Assembly: GCA_963753325.1 (NCBI GenBank)
Contig: CAVWBS010000001.1
Coordinates: 1,835,945-1,899,944 of the forward strand
DNA: 64,000 nucleotides
DNA from: an uncultured delta proteobacterium
Lineage (GTDB): Bacteria > Desulfobacterota > Binatia > UTPRO1
Direction: 5' to 3'
The notes below the pieces were generated by a model. The model was not told the DNA's origin. It worked only from the letters and a program-made list of their open reading frames with translations, and searched no databases. Position 1 is the first letter of the stretch; each line of letters starts with the position of its first letter. A program made the position numbers and the translations under genes. Of this stretch, positions 10,869-28,128 are shown piece by piece.

Positions 10869-11158
10869 CGGGCGGGCGCAGATCGGGGGGCGAGGGCGGG
10901 GATACGCATGGCGATCGGTGTCCTCCTCGATCTCTGCCGGCCCCCGACGAATCGTGCAACCACGGGATTGCGGTCGGCGCGAAAGTGCTGCATTATGTGA
11001 CTCTAGTAACCGCCGTGCCCGTCCCGGGGCCGCGCTGGCGTCGCAGGATGCCGCATCAAGCTCCGGTGATCGACGGGCGTGGCCGCAGCGCCGCCGCATA
11101 GCTCGGACACACCTCGCGGGCCGGCCTGCGCAATCGTGGGAAGGTCCGGGGTGATTGA

Positions 11159-13117
<1,959 letters not shown>

Positions 13118-13127
13118 CTCGACCCTT

Positions 13128-15128
13128 TCAGCCGGGAATCGAGCGCGCCTCCGCAACCCAGGCCGCAACCGAGGCGTCGGACGGCATGCGCCAGTCGCCA
13201 CGCGGCGAGAGCGAGCCTCCGGATCCGACCTTGGGCGAATCCGGCACGCAGTCACGCTTGAACTGGCTCGCGAAGAAGCGCTCGAGGAACACGATCAGGC
13301 GCTCGCGGATCACCGCGAGCGGATAGCGGTCGCCGAAGGCGTGCACGGCGAGGCGCGCGATCCGTCGCGGGCCGAAGCCGAAGCGCAGGAAGTAATAGAG
13401 GAAGAAGTCGTTCAGCTCGTAGGGCCCGAGCAGGGCCTCCGTCTCCTGCACCGCGGCCCCCGATGCGTCGAGCGGCAGCAGCTCGGGGCTGATCGGCGTC
13501 GCCAGCACGTCCTCGAGCGTGCGGGCGGTCGCGGGCTCGTCGGCGAACACGTGGCGGGCCGCCCAGCGGATCAGGGCGGAGACGAGGGTCTTCGGCACCC
13601 CGGCGTTCACGCCGTAGTGCGACATGTGATCGGCACCGTAGGTACACCAGCCGAGCGCGAGCTCGGAGAGATCCCCGGTCCCGAGATCGATGCCACGCGT
13701 CTCGGATGCGAGCGAGAAGAGCAAGAACTTCCGCGTCCAGGCCTGGACGTTCTCGAACGTCACGTCGTGCCGCCCCGGCTCGTGGCCGATCGCGGCGAAG
13801 ACCCCGTTCGCCAGCTCCCGCACGTCGATCTCGCGCAGGGTCGCGCCGAGCGCGCGCACGAGCGCGCAGGCGTTCGTGTGCGTCCGTCCCGACGTGCCGA
13901 AGCCCGGGAGGGTCACCCCGAGGAGGGTCGCCCGCGGGAGCTCCAGCAGATCGAGCGCGCGCGCCGCCACCAGGAGCGTCAGCGTCGAGTCCTGTCCCCC
14001 GGACACCCCGAGCACGAGCGTCCGCGCATCGGCGGGCAGCGCCGTCACCCGTCGCGCCAGCGAGGTGGCCATGATGGTGAAGACCTCGGCGCAGCGTTGA
14101 TCGAGGCGCGCCGGATCGGCGGGGACGAAGGGATGCGGCGAGACGGTCCGCATCAGGTGGTGGAAGATCTCCGCGCCGCGGCGCTCCGAGCCACCGGCGA
14201 TCACGACGCTGCGCAGCGCCGTGGCATGGCGGGCGGCGTTCTGGCCGAAGGACGTCTGGCGCATGCGGTCCTCGACGAGCGCCCGCGGATCGACGTCGGC
14301 GACCGCCATCGTGCCGGTCAGCGCGAAACGCTCGGTCTCGGCGAGCACCTCGCCGCGCTCCGCGATCAGGCCGTGCCCGTCCCACGCCAGATCGGCGGTC
14401 GACTCGCCGAATCCCGCCGCGCTGTACATCTGCACGGCGAGGTTCTTCGCCGACGAGCTCCGCACCAGCTCCTCGCGGTACTCGCTCTTGGCGACCGTGA
14501 CGTTCGACGCCGAGAGGTTCGCGAGCACCGTCGCCCCCCCGAGCGCCGCCAGCGCGCCGGGCGGGATGGGCACCCACAGATCCTCGCAGACATCGCAGTG
14601 GAGCACGAACCCGGGCAGGTGCGACGGACGGATGAGGACGTCGGCGCCGAAGGGCACGCGCGAGCCGAGGAGGTCGATCATGTCGTCGCGGGCGTCGCTC
14701 GCCGGTCGGAACCAGCGGAGCTCGTAGAACTCGCGGTAGTTCGGCGGATACGCCTTCGGCGCGACGGCGATCGGCCGGCCGCCGTACAGCGTCACCGCCG
14801 CGTTGAAGAGCAGGCCCTCGTGAACGAGCGGCACCCCGACGGATACGAGCAGATTCCACCCCGCCGTGGCGCGCGCGACCTCGGCCAGCGCCGCCAGCGC
14901 GCCCGTGAGGAGCGGTTCCTGGAAGAAGAGATCGCCGCACGAGTAGCCGCTCAAGCCGAGCTCGGGACAGAGCGCGTAGTGGACGCCGGCCGCGTGCGCG
15001 CGCCCCAGGAGGCGCAGGTGCGCGTCGGCGTTGTACGCCGGATCGGCCACCCGCACCTCGGGCACGCACACGGCGACGCGCGCGAAGCCGTGCGCCCGGA
15101 CGTCGGTGAAATCGAGTATCGCGCTCAT
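13128..15128 (-). CDS. nadE: Glutamine-dependent NAD+ synthetase (long form, CN-hydrolase + synthetase domains)
   Basis: N-terminal nitrilase-like domain and a synthetase P-loop GVSGGQDS, about 666 aa from ATG 15128 (MSAILDF...). The ORF track's upstream start at 15188 is also possible. Confidence 0.9.
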   Translation of the reverse strand: MSAILDFTDVRAHGFARVAVCVPEVRVADPAYNADAHLRLLGRAHAAGVHYALCPELGLSGYSCGDLFFQEPLLTGALAALAEVARATAGWNLLVSVGVPLVHEGLLFNAAVTLYGGRPIAVAPKAYPPNYREFYELRWFRPASDARDDMIDLLGSRVPFGADVLIRPSHLPGFVLHCDVCEDLWVPIPPGALAALGGATVLANLSASNVTVAKSEYREELVRSSSAKNLAVQMYSAAGFGESTADLAWDGHGLIAERGEVLAETERFALTGTMAVADVDPRALVEDRMRQTSFGQNAARHATALRSVVIAGGSERRGAEIFHHLMRTVSPHPFVPADPARLDQRCAEVFTIMATSLARRVTALPADARTLVLGVSGGQDSTLTLLVAARALDLLELPRATLLGVTLPGFGTSGRTHTNACALVRALGATLREIDVRELANGVFAAIGHEPGRHDVTFENVQAWTRKFLLFSLASETRGIDLGTGDLSELALGWCTYGADHMSHYGVNAGVPKTLVSALIRWAARHVFADEPATARTLEDVLATPISPELLPLDASGAAVQETEALLGPYELNDFFLYYFLRFGFGPRRIARLAVHAFGDRYPLAVIRERLIVFLERFFASQFKRDCVPDSPKVGSGGSLSPRGDWRMPSDASVAAWVAEARSIPG

Positions 15129-15238
15129 GGGTTCCGCGGCGCGCGCACGGACCCGGGCCGCCGCGTCGCGTCGCAACGCCGCCAGCATATCGCTGTCGGG
15201 GCCGATTCCGAAATACGCCGATGCCGGGGGCGCCTACG

Positions 15239-15961
15239 TCACGCGCCGCCGAGATGGCGGGCGAAGAACGCAAGCATGCGGCGCCAGGAATCCTCCGCCG
15301 CCTCCGCGTTGTATTCCACGTGCATGAGCGGCCGGGTGAGCAGCGCCATCACGGGATGGCCGGCCTGGTTCATGTAGGAATGGCCCGCGTCGGGGTAGAG
15401 GCGCACGTCGTGCTCTCTGCCGAGCTCCTCGAGGGTCGCAATCAACCGTCGTCCCTGCGGCGCGAACATCCGATCGCGTCCGCCATAGCCGCCCGTCAGC
15501 GGGCAGGCGTGCGCCAGCTCGTCGCGCGAGCGCACGTCGCCGTAGAATACGCCGGCCGCGCCGACGCGCCGCCGGGTGCCGAGCAGCAGCGCGAAGCCCC
15601 CGCCCATGCAGAACCCGACCGCCCCCACCCGCGCCACGTCCGGCCGCGCCTCGAGCATGGCGATCACGGCCTCGAGCTCGTCCACCACCGGCCCGTGTCC
15701 GGCGCGCAGCGCGACGGCCGCCCGCAGGACGCAGGCGACGAAGATGCCGCCCGCCATCAAGTTCGGGACGGCGGCGACGTAGCCCTCGTCGGCGAAGCGG
15801 CGGGCGATGCGTCGGATGTCGTCGTTGAGGCCGAAGATCTCGTGGATGACGACCAGGCCCGCTCGCGGCGCCGTGCGCTCATCGGCGCGCGGACGGAAGA
15901 TCTCGACCGGGACTGCCCGTCCGGCGCGCGTGAGGGTCGTGGTCTCGTCGGCGGTCGCCAT
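15239..15961 (-). CDS. Dienelactone hydrolase family protein
   Basis: 240-aa ORF with a nucleophile elbow GFCMGG, VVIHEIFG, and a C-terminal YPDAGH motif. Confidence 0.85.
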   Translation of the reverse strand: MATADETTTLTRAGRAVPVEIFRPRADERTAPRAGLVVIHEIFGLNDDIRRIARRFADEGYVAAVPNLMAGGIFVACVLRAAVALRAGHGPVVDELEAVIAMLEARPDVARVGAVGFCMGGGFALLLGTRRRVGAAGVFYGDVRSRDELAHACPLTGGYGGRDRMFAPQGRRLIATLEELGREHDVRLYPDAGHSYMNQAGHPVMALLTRPLMHVEYNAEAAEDSWRRMLAFFARHLGGA

Positions 15962-16030
15962 CGGCAGCCCTCACTCTCGCACGAGTGCGCGCCGCGGGCC
16001 ACCGCTCGCCCGCCGGCGCGGCAGGCGGGG

Positions 16031-18661
16031 TCAGGCGGCCGACAGGCGATCGCAGGGGGGCGCCGGCGAGGTGTCGCCCTCGGCGGAATGCCGCCCGCCG
16101 GCGCGCTCGCGATCGTCGCAGCGCTCGACCGGGGGACGCTCGGGCAGGCTGACCGTGAAGCATGTCCCCCGGCCGAGCTCGCTCTCCACGCTCACCGAGC
16201 CGCCGAGAATCTCGCAGTAGCGTCGCACGATGTAGAGGCCGATGCCGCACCCGTTGTGGACACCGCCGTTCGCCGCCTGGCGGTAGAGGTCGAAGATGAA
16301 CGGCAGCTCGCTGTCCGTGATGCCGCAGCCGGTGTCGGTGACGGTGATCGTGAAACGCGCCTCGGGCGCCCGCGCGACGTGGACGCGGATGCTGCCGCCG
16401 CGCGTGAACTTGCGCGCATTGCCCACCAGATTGGTCAGGATCTGTCTCAGCTTGAGGCGGTCGGAGACGATGGGCGGGAGATCGGCGTCGACCAGCCACT
16501 CCTCGCGTACCGCGAGCTCCTTGCCGAGGAAGCGGTCGCCGGCGCGGAGCTCCTCGCAGAACGTGCCGAGTGGGATCGGCTCGAGATGCACCGCCACGCC
16601 GGCGCTCTCGAGCCGCAGAACGCTGAGCGTGTCCTCCACGAGACTGGCGAGCGTCCGCGCCGCATCGCGCATGCGCTCGAGAACGGCGCGATGCTCGTCC
16701 GGTGGCAGCGCCGCCCGCTCCCGCGCCGCATCGAGCAGCAGCTCCGTATAGCCGATGAAGATGTTGATGGGCGTCCGCAGCTCGTGCGACATCATGCCCA
16801 GGAACTCGCTCTTCTGGCGATCCGCCTGGGTGAGTCGCTCCTGCGCGACGCTGAGCGCCAGGTTCTGCGCGGACAGCTTGCGGACGAAGTCCTCACGATC
16901 CCGCGCGTACTCCTCCTCGTTGAACGCGCGTGCCAGCCGCTGCGCGTAGCTGGAGATCAGGCGCATGTCCTCCTCGCTCAGCGAGCGGCGCGCGGTATCC
17001 AGCACGACCACGACGCCCTCGACCGCACCGCCGCGGCCGAGGACGGGCACGCCGACGAACGTCTGCACCTCCTGTCCGCCCAGCAGCGGATCGCCTGGGA
17101 AGCGCGTCGCGGCGTCGGCGAAGACGCACGGCCGGCGCGTCGCGCGCACCTGATCGCACGCCGTGCCGACGAGCGGCAACCGGCCCTCGTGCAGCATGAT
17201 GCCGCGCTCGTAGCGCGCCAGGAAGACGAGCTCGTCGCCGACCAGTCGAGCCGCGGCGACGACGGGCGCGTCGAGGAGCTCGGCCAGGGTGACGGTCAGG
17301 TGATCGCCGATCTGCTCGACGCTGCCGCCGAGCGTGACCGCGAGATGATAGAGGCTCTCCAGCCGCTCGAGGGCATGGCGCAGCTCCATCTCGATGCCTT
17401 CCCGCGCGCTCATGTCGTGGAGGATCGCCTGGACGACGGTGTGCTCACCGAGCGGCACGACGCTCAACGACACGTCGACCGGGCAGCTCTCCCGGCCCTC
17501 GCGGCGCACATAGGCACCGTGCGGCCAGCGGGTCGTGCCGTCGACCGTCCCCATCGACACCGGGACGTCGGCGAACAGATCCGTGAAACGGCTGGCCTTG
17601 AGCGCCTCGGCGTCACGGCCCGTCAGCTCCTCGGCGCGCCGGTTGGCCTCGAGCACCTCGCCGCTGGTGGCATCCACGAGCAGGATCGCGTCCCCCGCGC
17701 CCTCGAACAGCGCCGCATAGCGGGCCGTGAACGTCTGCCGTGAGCGATCGACGGCGCGCGCCGCCCCGTTGAACGCACGCGCCATGTGGACCAGATGCCG
17801 ATCGATCGCCCCCGTGATGAGGCCCGCGGCGCCGTCGCGCGTGAGCGCCGTCGCCGCGCTCGCGAGATCGGCGCCGGCACGACGGATCGCCAGCGCGTGC
17901 AGCCACCCGAGCACGCCACAGACGCTCGCGCTCACCAGCACGAGCGCCGTCTGCGCCAGCCATGCGAACGGGAGGGTCGGCGTCAGCCGCAGGGCGACCG
18001 CCAGCGCGAGCACCGTGGGGGCGACGAGAACGACCACGCGCACCCAGGTATCGACCGTCGGTCCGGTGTACGGGTCGAGCCCACGCTCGAAGCCGACGCG
18101 GCGCACCCGTCGGCACGGCTCCCCGATGAGCATCTCGCACGCCGTGAACGTCGCCGCAGCGTAGAGCAACGTCGCGATCACGCCGCCGACGCAGATCGGT
18201 CCGACGTTGCGGGTTCCCCCGCCGACGCGCCACTCCAGGACCGCCATCGCCACCACGACGAGCAGGGACAAGCCGGAGCACCAGAGCGTGTGCGCGAGGG
18301 GCACGGCCGGGAGACGTGCCAGCGCCAGCGCGAGGGACCCCTCGTCCACCGGAACCTCGCGCGCGGTATCCGTCACGACGGCGTTCGTGGTGCGCACCCA
18401 GGAGAACGGCGACGGCACGCCGATCGCGTCGCCGATCCCGCCGAGCCACGCGTGCAGGGCCGTGGCCCCCAACAGCAGCGCGGCGAAGGGCCACCCGAAG
18501 ATCCAGAGCGAGCCGCTGGCGTGGAGATCGCTCGCGGCGCAGATGTAGAGCGCACCGTAGAAGGCGGCAAGCCAACCGGTCGTGCTCGAGCGCAGCGCGA
18601 GCTCGGCGAGAAGCGGCAGCCGACCCTTTGCCATCGCGGAAAACAGCAACGGCTGTGCCAT
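16031..18661 (-). CDS. Membrane sensor histidine kinase (multi-TM N-terminus, PAS, GAF, HisKA, HATPase_c)
   Basis: H-box MMSHELRTPIN and ATPase G-boxes (DTGCGI, GCGIGLYIV), with about 8 hydrophobic segments N-terminally. The start is placed at ATG 18661 (MAQPLLF...) because the first 117 residues of the 993-aa ORF are Arg-rich shadow-like. Confidence 0.85.
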   Translation of the reverse strand: MAQPLLFSAMAKGRLPLLAELALRSSTTGWLAAFYGALYICAASDLHASGSLWIFGWPFAALLLGATALHAWLGGIGDAIGVPSPFSWVRTTNAVVTDTAREVPVDEGSLALALARLPAVPLAHTLWCSGLSLLVVVAMAVLEWRVGGGTRNVGPICVGGVIATLLYAAATFTACEMLIGEPCRRVRRVGFERGLDPYTGPTVDTWVRVVVLVAPTVLALAVALRLTPTLPFAWLAQTALVLVSASVCGVLGWLHALAIRRAGADLASAATALTRDGAAGLITGAIDRHLVHMARAFNGAARAVDRSRQTFTARYAALFEGAGDAILLVDATSGEVLEANRRAEELTGRDAEALKASRFTDLFADVPVSMGTVDGTTRWPHGAYVRREGRESCPVDVSLSVVPLGEHTVVQAILHDMSAREGIEMELRHALERLESLYHLAVTLGGSVEQIGDHLTVTLAELLDAPVVAAARLVGDELVFLARYERGIMLHEGRLPLVGTACDQVRATRRPCVFADAATRFPGDPLLGGQEVQTFVGVPVLGRGGAVEGVVVVLDTARRSLSEEDMRLISSYAQRLARAFNEEEYARDREDFVRKLSAQNLALSVAQERLTQADRQKSEFLGMMSHELRTPINIFIGYTELLLDAARERAALPPDEHRAVLERMRDAARTLASLVEDTLSVLRLESAGVAVHLEPIPLGTFCEELRAGDRFLGKELAVREEWLVDADLPPIVSDRLKLRQILTNLVGNARKFTRGGSIRVHVARAPEARFTITVTDTGCGITDSELPFIFDLYRQAANGGVHNGCGIGLYIVRRYCEILGGSVSVESELGRGTCFTVSLPERPPVERCDDRERAGGRHSAEGDTSPAPPCDRLSAA

Positions 18662-18999
18662 TCGCCGCAACGCACCGACGTGCGCGCGCGACGCCGAGAG
18701 ATGGCGTGAGCGGCGCACCCGATGCCCATCGCCACATTTGCGTCGCCGACGACGGCGTCGCTCGCATCGCACGGCGGCACGCCGCGCCGTGCGCGCGCGC
18801 ACTGGGCGCATGCGACTTCGCATGCAACATTTTCCGTCGTGCGACGACGTCGCACGCCGATTCGATGCGGCGCTCGCCATGCGGACTCCTTCACCCTTTG
18901 CGGTGATTGACCCGGATGTGGCGCGCCGCTTGTGTCGACGCACTACACGCCACGGAAGGCCACCGACGCATCGGTCAGGGCACTCAAGGAGGGAACTCA

Positions 19000-21406
19000 A
19001 TGCGCGTCGCACTGCTCACCACCGCCGTTCTCGTCGCCGCGATCACCTCGGTCACGTCGCCGCGCGCCGCCAACGCACTCACGCCGCAGGAGATCGCATG
19101 CGGGGACGCGGTCCTCGAAAGCTCGCAGGATTTCGTGTCCGACAAGCTGAAGGCGCTCGTCGACTGTCACAACGGACACGGCGGGTGCAACGAGGCCAAA
19201 CGCGATCGTCAGATCACCAAGGCGACCGCGCGGCTGACGCGCGCACTGAACCGGGTCTGTCGCGGCGTGACGCTGGAGAATCTCGGGTTCCCCGGCAGTT
19301 GTCCGGCGAGTGGCGGCGCCTTCACGACCGACGAGCTCGGCGCGTGTCTCGCCACGGAGCTCGAGTCGTTCGTCGACGCGGCGATCGCTCTCGCGATTCC
19401 GGGCGACGGAACCGACCTCTCCGGCGACGACGCGCAGTGCCAGAACGTGATCGCCGGCGAGACACGGCTCTTCATCAACCGCAAGCTGCGGGCGCGCACG
19501 CGTTGCCTGGATCTGCAGCTCAAGGGCAAGCTCTCGACCGACGTCAACTGCCTCGCCGAGGTTCCTCCGGGTACGGGCAATCGCGACACCGATCAGCTCA
19601 TCGCGAAGGCGTTCAAGCTGCTCGACGACAAGCTGCGTCGCGGCTGCCGCGGCGCCGACCTGACGGCGCTCGGCTTTCCCGGCTCCTGCCCGACGCAGGA
19701 CGACAGCTTCTCCGTGGGTGATCTGCAGAACTGCCTCGGAACCTCGCTCGAGAGCGCGACCGACGCGCTCGTCGCCCTCCTCGTGCCCTTCACCAACCCG
19801 CTGCCGACGGCGACCGAGACGCCGCTGGCGACGCCGACCGCCGAGGCGACCGGCGAGCCGACACCAGAGGAAACCCCGTCGGCCGGACCGACCGGCGAGC
19901 CGACGGCGACCCCTGTCGAGACCGGTGAGCCGACGCCCATCGAGACGGCCACGGCAGGGCCCACCGGTGAGGCGACCGCCACCGCCTCGCCTCCCGAGAC
20001 CGGCGAGCCGACCCCGACCGCGTCGGCCGAGCCGACCGTCGAGCCGACAGCGACCGAGGAGCCGACCGAGGAGCCGACCCCGACCGAGACCGAGACGCCG
20101 GGACCGGTTGCCACCTCCACCCCGAGCGGGGTCGCGTGCCCCAGCCAGATCACGTTCCTCGGCAGCGGCGAGGCGGCCGATCTCGACACCGGCTGGACCG
20201 GACTGTCGCACGACAGCAAGGTCATCACGAACGGCCTGATCACCGCGGACCTGAGCGCCTGCGACAACGAGGTGGAGCCCTGCGGCGTGTGCACCCTCAC
20301 GGGCCCGGTACCGAACGCCGGCCTCACGACCGCGATGAATCCCTCGAACAACCGCCGCTGCACCGCCGACACATCGGTTCCCTGCAGCAGCGACGGCGAC
20401 TGCACCGGTCTCGGCACGTGCCAGTTCTTCTTCGGCGCGCCGCTCCCGCTGTCATCGGGCGGCGTGTCGGTGTGCGTCGTGAATCAGGTGAACGGCCCGC
20501 TCACGGGCACGGTCGACACCGCCAGCGGCGACAGCACCAGCACGACGATCCTGCTCTCGCACGTCTTCACCGGTCCCACCGTCGACCAGCCGTGCCCGGT
20601 GTGCGGCAGCGGTGGCTTCGGCACGAGCAGCACCTGTAGCAGCGGCCAGAATTCCGGGGCTCCGTGCATCGTGAACGGCACCAGCTCGCTCTTCGGCAGC
20701 ACCAGCTTCGACTGCCCGCCGCTGCCCGGCGCCAACGTCGGGAATCTCACGATCCCGCTCAGCCTCTCGACCGGGCTACAGACGCGGACGCTCTCCGCCG
20801 ACAACCCGGACTGCAGCGCCGCCGGCGCCACCAGCGCCAAGTGCTTCTGCGACACCTGCGCCGATGCGGGGGCCGAGGCATGCAGCACGAACGCGGACTG
20901 CCCCGGCGGCGCCACGTGCGGCGCGAAGCGCTGCATCACGGGCCCGAATGCCGGTACGCTCTGCACCGCCCCGAGCGAGTGCCCGATGAGCGCGTGCAGC
21001 CGGCCCGGCTTCGCCACGGCGCCGAATCAGTGCGACGACAGCACCTGCACGCCGGACGCCTCCGACACCGACTCGATCAACGAGGGCACGTGCGCCAACG
21101 GCCCGTTCGAGCTGTTCTGCGCCATCCAGACCTTCCGCGGGTGTTCCGACGACAGCGACTGCACGGCCCCGGGCGACAGCTGCACGAACGGGAAGTTCCG
21201 CGAGTGCTTCACCGACAACGGCGTCGTCGGCAACGCCGTACAGGTCCAGGGCATGCCGGAATCCGTTCGTCGGCGGCGTATCGAACGGCACCCTGGGCAC
21301 GTTCTTCTGCGTGGCGCCAACGACCGCGCCGGCCGTCAACAGCGTCGCCGGGCTGCCCGGTCTCGGCCGTCTCACGCTTCCCGGTACCGCCACTCTGCTG
21401 CCCTGA
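19000..21406 (+). CDS. Large secreted Cys-rich protein of unknown function (one frameshift near the 3' end)
   Basis: SD AAGGAGGG lies before ATG 19000, followed by signal peptide MRVALLTTAVLVAAITSVTSPRAANA. The protein has two tandem ~115-aa Cys modules, a Thr/Pro/Glu linker, and a ~430-aa Cys-rich C-domain. After about 21258 the protein-like reading (NPFVGGVSNGTLGTFFCVAPTTAPAVNSVAGLPGLGRLTLPGTATLLP*) continues in the +1 frame to TGA 21404-21406. Confidence 0.6.
19801..20130 (+). repeat. In-frame imperfect repeat encoding a Thr/Pro/Glu-rich linker (TGEPT units)
   Basis: Recurrent accggcgagccgac-type units encode ATGEPTPEE / PTGEPTATP / ETGEPTPIE / PTGEATATA / ETGEPTPTA. Confidence 0.6.
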
Positions 21407-21470
21407 CCTCCCCTTCCTCCTGCGGTGACGCGCGCTCCCGGATCGTGACGCTCCGGGAGCGTGCGCACCA

Positions 21471-22019
21471 TCACGCGAAGCTGCGCGTGAGGAGGTCGTG
21501 GATGGCGCGGCGACCGTTGTCCTGCAGGAAGCGCGTGCCGGTGCCGGTGAAGTGGGGGTGCGCGATCACCGGATCGGCGGCGCTCGCCCAGCCGTCGCCG
21601 ATCCAGCGGAACCACCCGTCCCGCTCCTGATCGAAGACGAAGAGCGGCTTGTTGCAGAGCTTCGCGAACTCCGCGCCCCAGCCCGTGCCCCCCTTCACCG
21701 TGTCGTCGGGCTGGATCGTGCCGACGACGTAGATCTCCTGGCCGTTGTTGACCTGGTGCCAGATGCTCTGCAGCACCTTCTTGAACATCGCCGTGTCGGG
21801 GTAGCGGCGGTGCATCAGCTTGGCGACGTAGGCGAGGCTGACGTCGCCGTGCTGGAGCTCCGCGTGGGTCAGCACCCGGATGCCGCGCTGGCGCGCGTCC
21901 TTGTGCCCCTCGAAGGTGAAGTTCACCTCCTCGATACCGTGGCGTTCCGCCGCCATGCCGAACTCCGCCTCCGCCCCGCCGGCGGCGCCGCTGAACAGCA
22001 CGCACTCTTCCCGGTTCAT
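21471..22019 (-). CDS. Hypothetical 182-aa protein, possibly a SLOG/Rossmann-like nucleotide-binding fold
   Basis: ATG 22019 is preceded by GAGGA. The non-repetitive sequence MNREECVLFSGAAGGAEAEFGMAAERHGI... has a Gly-rich N-terminal loop. The rest of the 740-aa ORF upstream is antisense shadow of lhr. The functional guess is weak. Confidence 0.55.
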   Translation of the reverse strand: MNREECVLFSGAAGGAEAEFGMAAERHGIEEVNFTFEGHKDARQRGIRVLTHAELQHGDVSLAYVAKLMHRRYPDTAMFKKVLQSIWHQVNNGQEIYVVGTIQPDDTVKGGTGWGAEFAKLCNKPLFVFDQERDGWFRWIGDGWASAADPVIAHPHFTGTGTRFLQDNGRRAIHDLLTRSFA

Positions 22020-22044
22020 CGAGGATCCTCCGCCCGGCCCTTCT

Positions 22045-22073
22045 CTCACATTCGCCGGGCGATGCGCTATAGT
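22045..22073 (+). promoter_or_regulatory. Candidate sigma70-type promoter giving a leaderless or near-leaderless lhr mRNA
   Basis: -35-like CTCACA (22045-22050), a 17-nt spacer, and -10 TATAGT (22068-22073). The lhr ATG is at 22080 with no convincing SD. Confidence 0.25.
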
Positions 22074-22079
22074 GAGCCG

Positions 22080-26484
<4,405 letters not shown>

Positions 26485-26491
26485 TTCCGGA

Positions 26492-27497
26492 TCACACGTG
26501 GTTGCGCAGCATCAGCTCCTTCGGATGCGGCGCCAGATACAATCTGGCCCCGGACGTACGCGATGCCGTGCCGCTCGACGTGATGGCGCAGCAACGTCAG
26601 CGGTACGACCAGCGGAACGAGCCCGTGCCGGTAGTCCTCGATGAGGGTCACGAGCTCCTGGCGCTCCCCGGCCGCGAGATGCGCGTGGCAGAATCCGGCG
26701 AGATGCTGCAGCACGTTGACGTGCCGCTTCACGGTTGCGGGGGTGGCGAGCGCCTTCATGAGGCCTTCCCCGTAGCGTCGCGCGAGCGCGAGGGCGCGCA
26801 CGCCCTTGCTGTCGCCGATCAGCCGTCCGAGCGCCCCGTAGGCGCGCGGGCTGTGCGCGAGGACGAGGAACTTGTGCGCGGTGTGGAACGCCACGACGGC
26901 GCCGCGGGTCGGCGCGGCGAGCAGCGTCCGCCAGCGTCGATAGCAGAAGATCCGCTCGATGAAGTTCTCGCGCAGCACCGGATCGTTGAGGCGACCCTCC
27001 TCCTCCACCGGCAGCAGCGGATACGCATCCATGAACGCCGCGGCGAAGATGCCGCGACCGCGGCGTCCCGGCATGCCACCGTCGCCGTAGACCCGCACCC
27101 GCTCCATGCCGCAGCTCGGCGAGTCCTTCTTGAACACGTAACCGGAGAGGTCGAGTGCCGCGAGCGCCCGCACGCGGCCGGCGGCATACCGCCGCATCGC
27201 AGCCGTGTGATCGGCGCCGCTGCGTACCCCGATCAGACGGGGCGCAGCCGGGTCGCCGACGAGCCGCACGGATTCGCGCGGCACCCCCATGCCGCTCTCC
27301 AGCTCGGGGCAGACGGGAATCCAGTCGACGTAGCGTCCGAGGACGTCGGTGAGAAATCGATCGCGCTTGTGGCCGCCGTCGAAGCGTACGCTCGCGCCGA
27401 GGAGGCAGCTGCTCACGCCCAGGCGGAGGGGCGCCTCGGCATGCGCCGACGGCGCACCGGAGTGGTCCCGCGTATCGTCGGCGTCGTGCGGCACCAT
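26492..27497 (-). CDS. DUF523 (2-thiouracil desulfurase-like) + DUF1722 (YbgA-like) fusion protein, one frameshift near 26540
   Basis: N-terminal LGVSSCLLGASVRFDGGHKRD..VCPE matches DUF523, and the C-terminal half is YbgA-like. The family-typical ending YLAPHPKELMLRNHV* is recovered only after a 1-nt shift at about 26540. Confidence 0.75.
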
Positions 27498-27611
27498 GCG
27501 TCGAGTCTAGCGAGGGCGGAGCGGCGGCGGAACCACCGCGTGCCGGAATTGCATTCCCGGGGCCGCATCGTCATAGTCGCTCGAAATCGTATCCGTGGAG
27601 GAGGAGGACCC

Positions 27612-28124
27612 ATGCATCGAATGCTCATGATCGGCGCGCTGGCGCTCGCCATCGCCGCGTGCTCGAGGGGCAACAAGACCGCGATCGCGACCTTCCAACC
27701 GAAGAGCGGCACGCAGGTCACCGGCACGGCGACCTTCAATCAAGAAGGCGACAAGGTGCAGGTCGTCGTCAACGCCAAGAGCCTGACCCCCGGGAAGCAC
27801 GGCATCCACATCCACGAGAAGGGCGACTGCAGCGCGTCGGACGCGTCCTCCGCGGGGCCGCACTTCGCGCCGCACGACGGGCACCATGCCGGGCCCACCG
27901 ACGCGGGCCGTCACGCCGGCGACCTCGGTAATCTCGAGGCCGACTCCGACGGCAACGCGACGTGGACCATCACCACCGACGCGTTGTCCATCGGCAGGGG
28001 CGACAACGACATCGTCGGGCGCTCGATCGTCATCCACGGCGACCCCGACGATCTCACCACCCAGCCGTCGGGCAACTCCGGCGGCCGGATCGCCTGCGGC
28101 GTCATCGAGCTGAAGCAGGACTGA
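27612..28124 (+). CDS. sodC: Cu/Zn superoxide dismutase, lipoprotein-type signal
   Basis: SD GGAGGAGGA lies before the ATG. The signal/lipobox is LALAIAAC. Motifs present are HGIHIHEKGDC, GDLGN and GNSGGRIACGVI. Confidence 0.9.
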   Translation: MHRMLMIGALALAIAACSRGNKTAIATFQPKSGTQVTGTATFNQEGDKVQVVVNAKSLTPGKHGIHIHEKGDCSASDASSAGPHFAPHDGHHAGPTDAGRHAGDLGNLEADSDGNATWTITTDALSIGRGDNDIVGRSIVIHGDPDDLTTQPSGNSGGRIACGVIELKQD

Positions 28125-28128
28125 GCGC

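Noticed and set aside
10870-11158. The lower-GC divergent spacer between prs-like and recQ, checked for a LexA/SOS box.
   Set aside because: No palindrome matching any LexA consensus I know (CTGT-N8-ACAG or the deltaproteobacterial type) is present. Promoter hexamers there are ambiguous.
19801-20130. Short tandem-like DNA repeats that could be mistaken for a CRISPR array. The same applies to 48298-48429.
   Set aside because: The units are 6-30 nt, imperfect, lack unique spacers, and lie in frame within coding sequence, forming a Thr/Pro/Glu linker and a polyPro tract.
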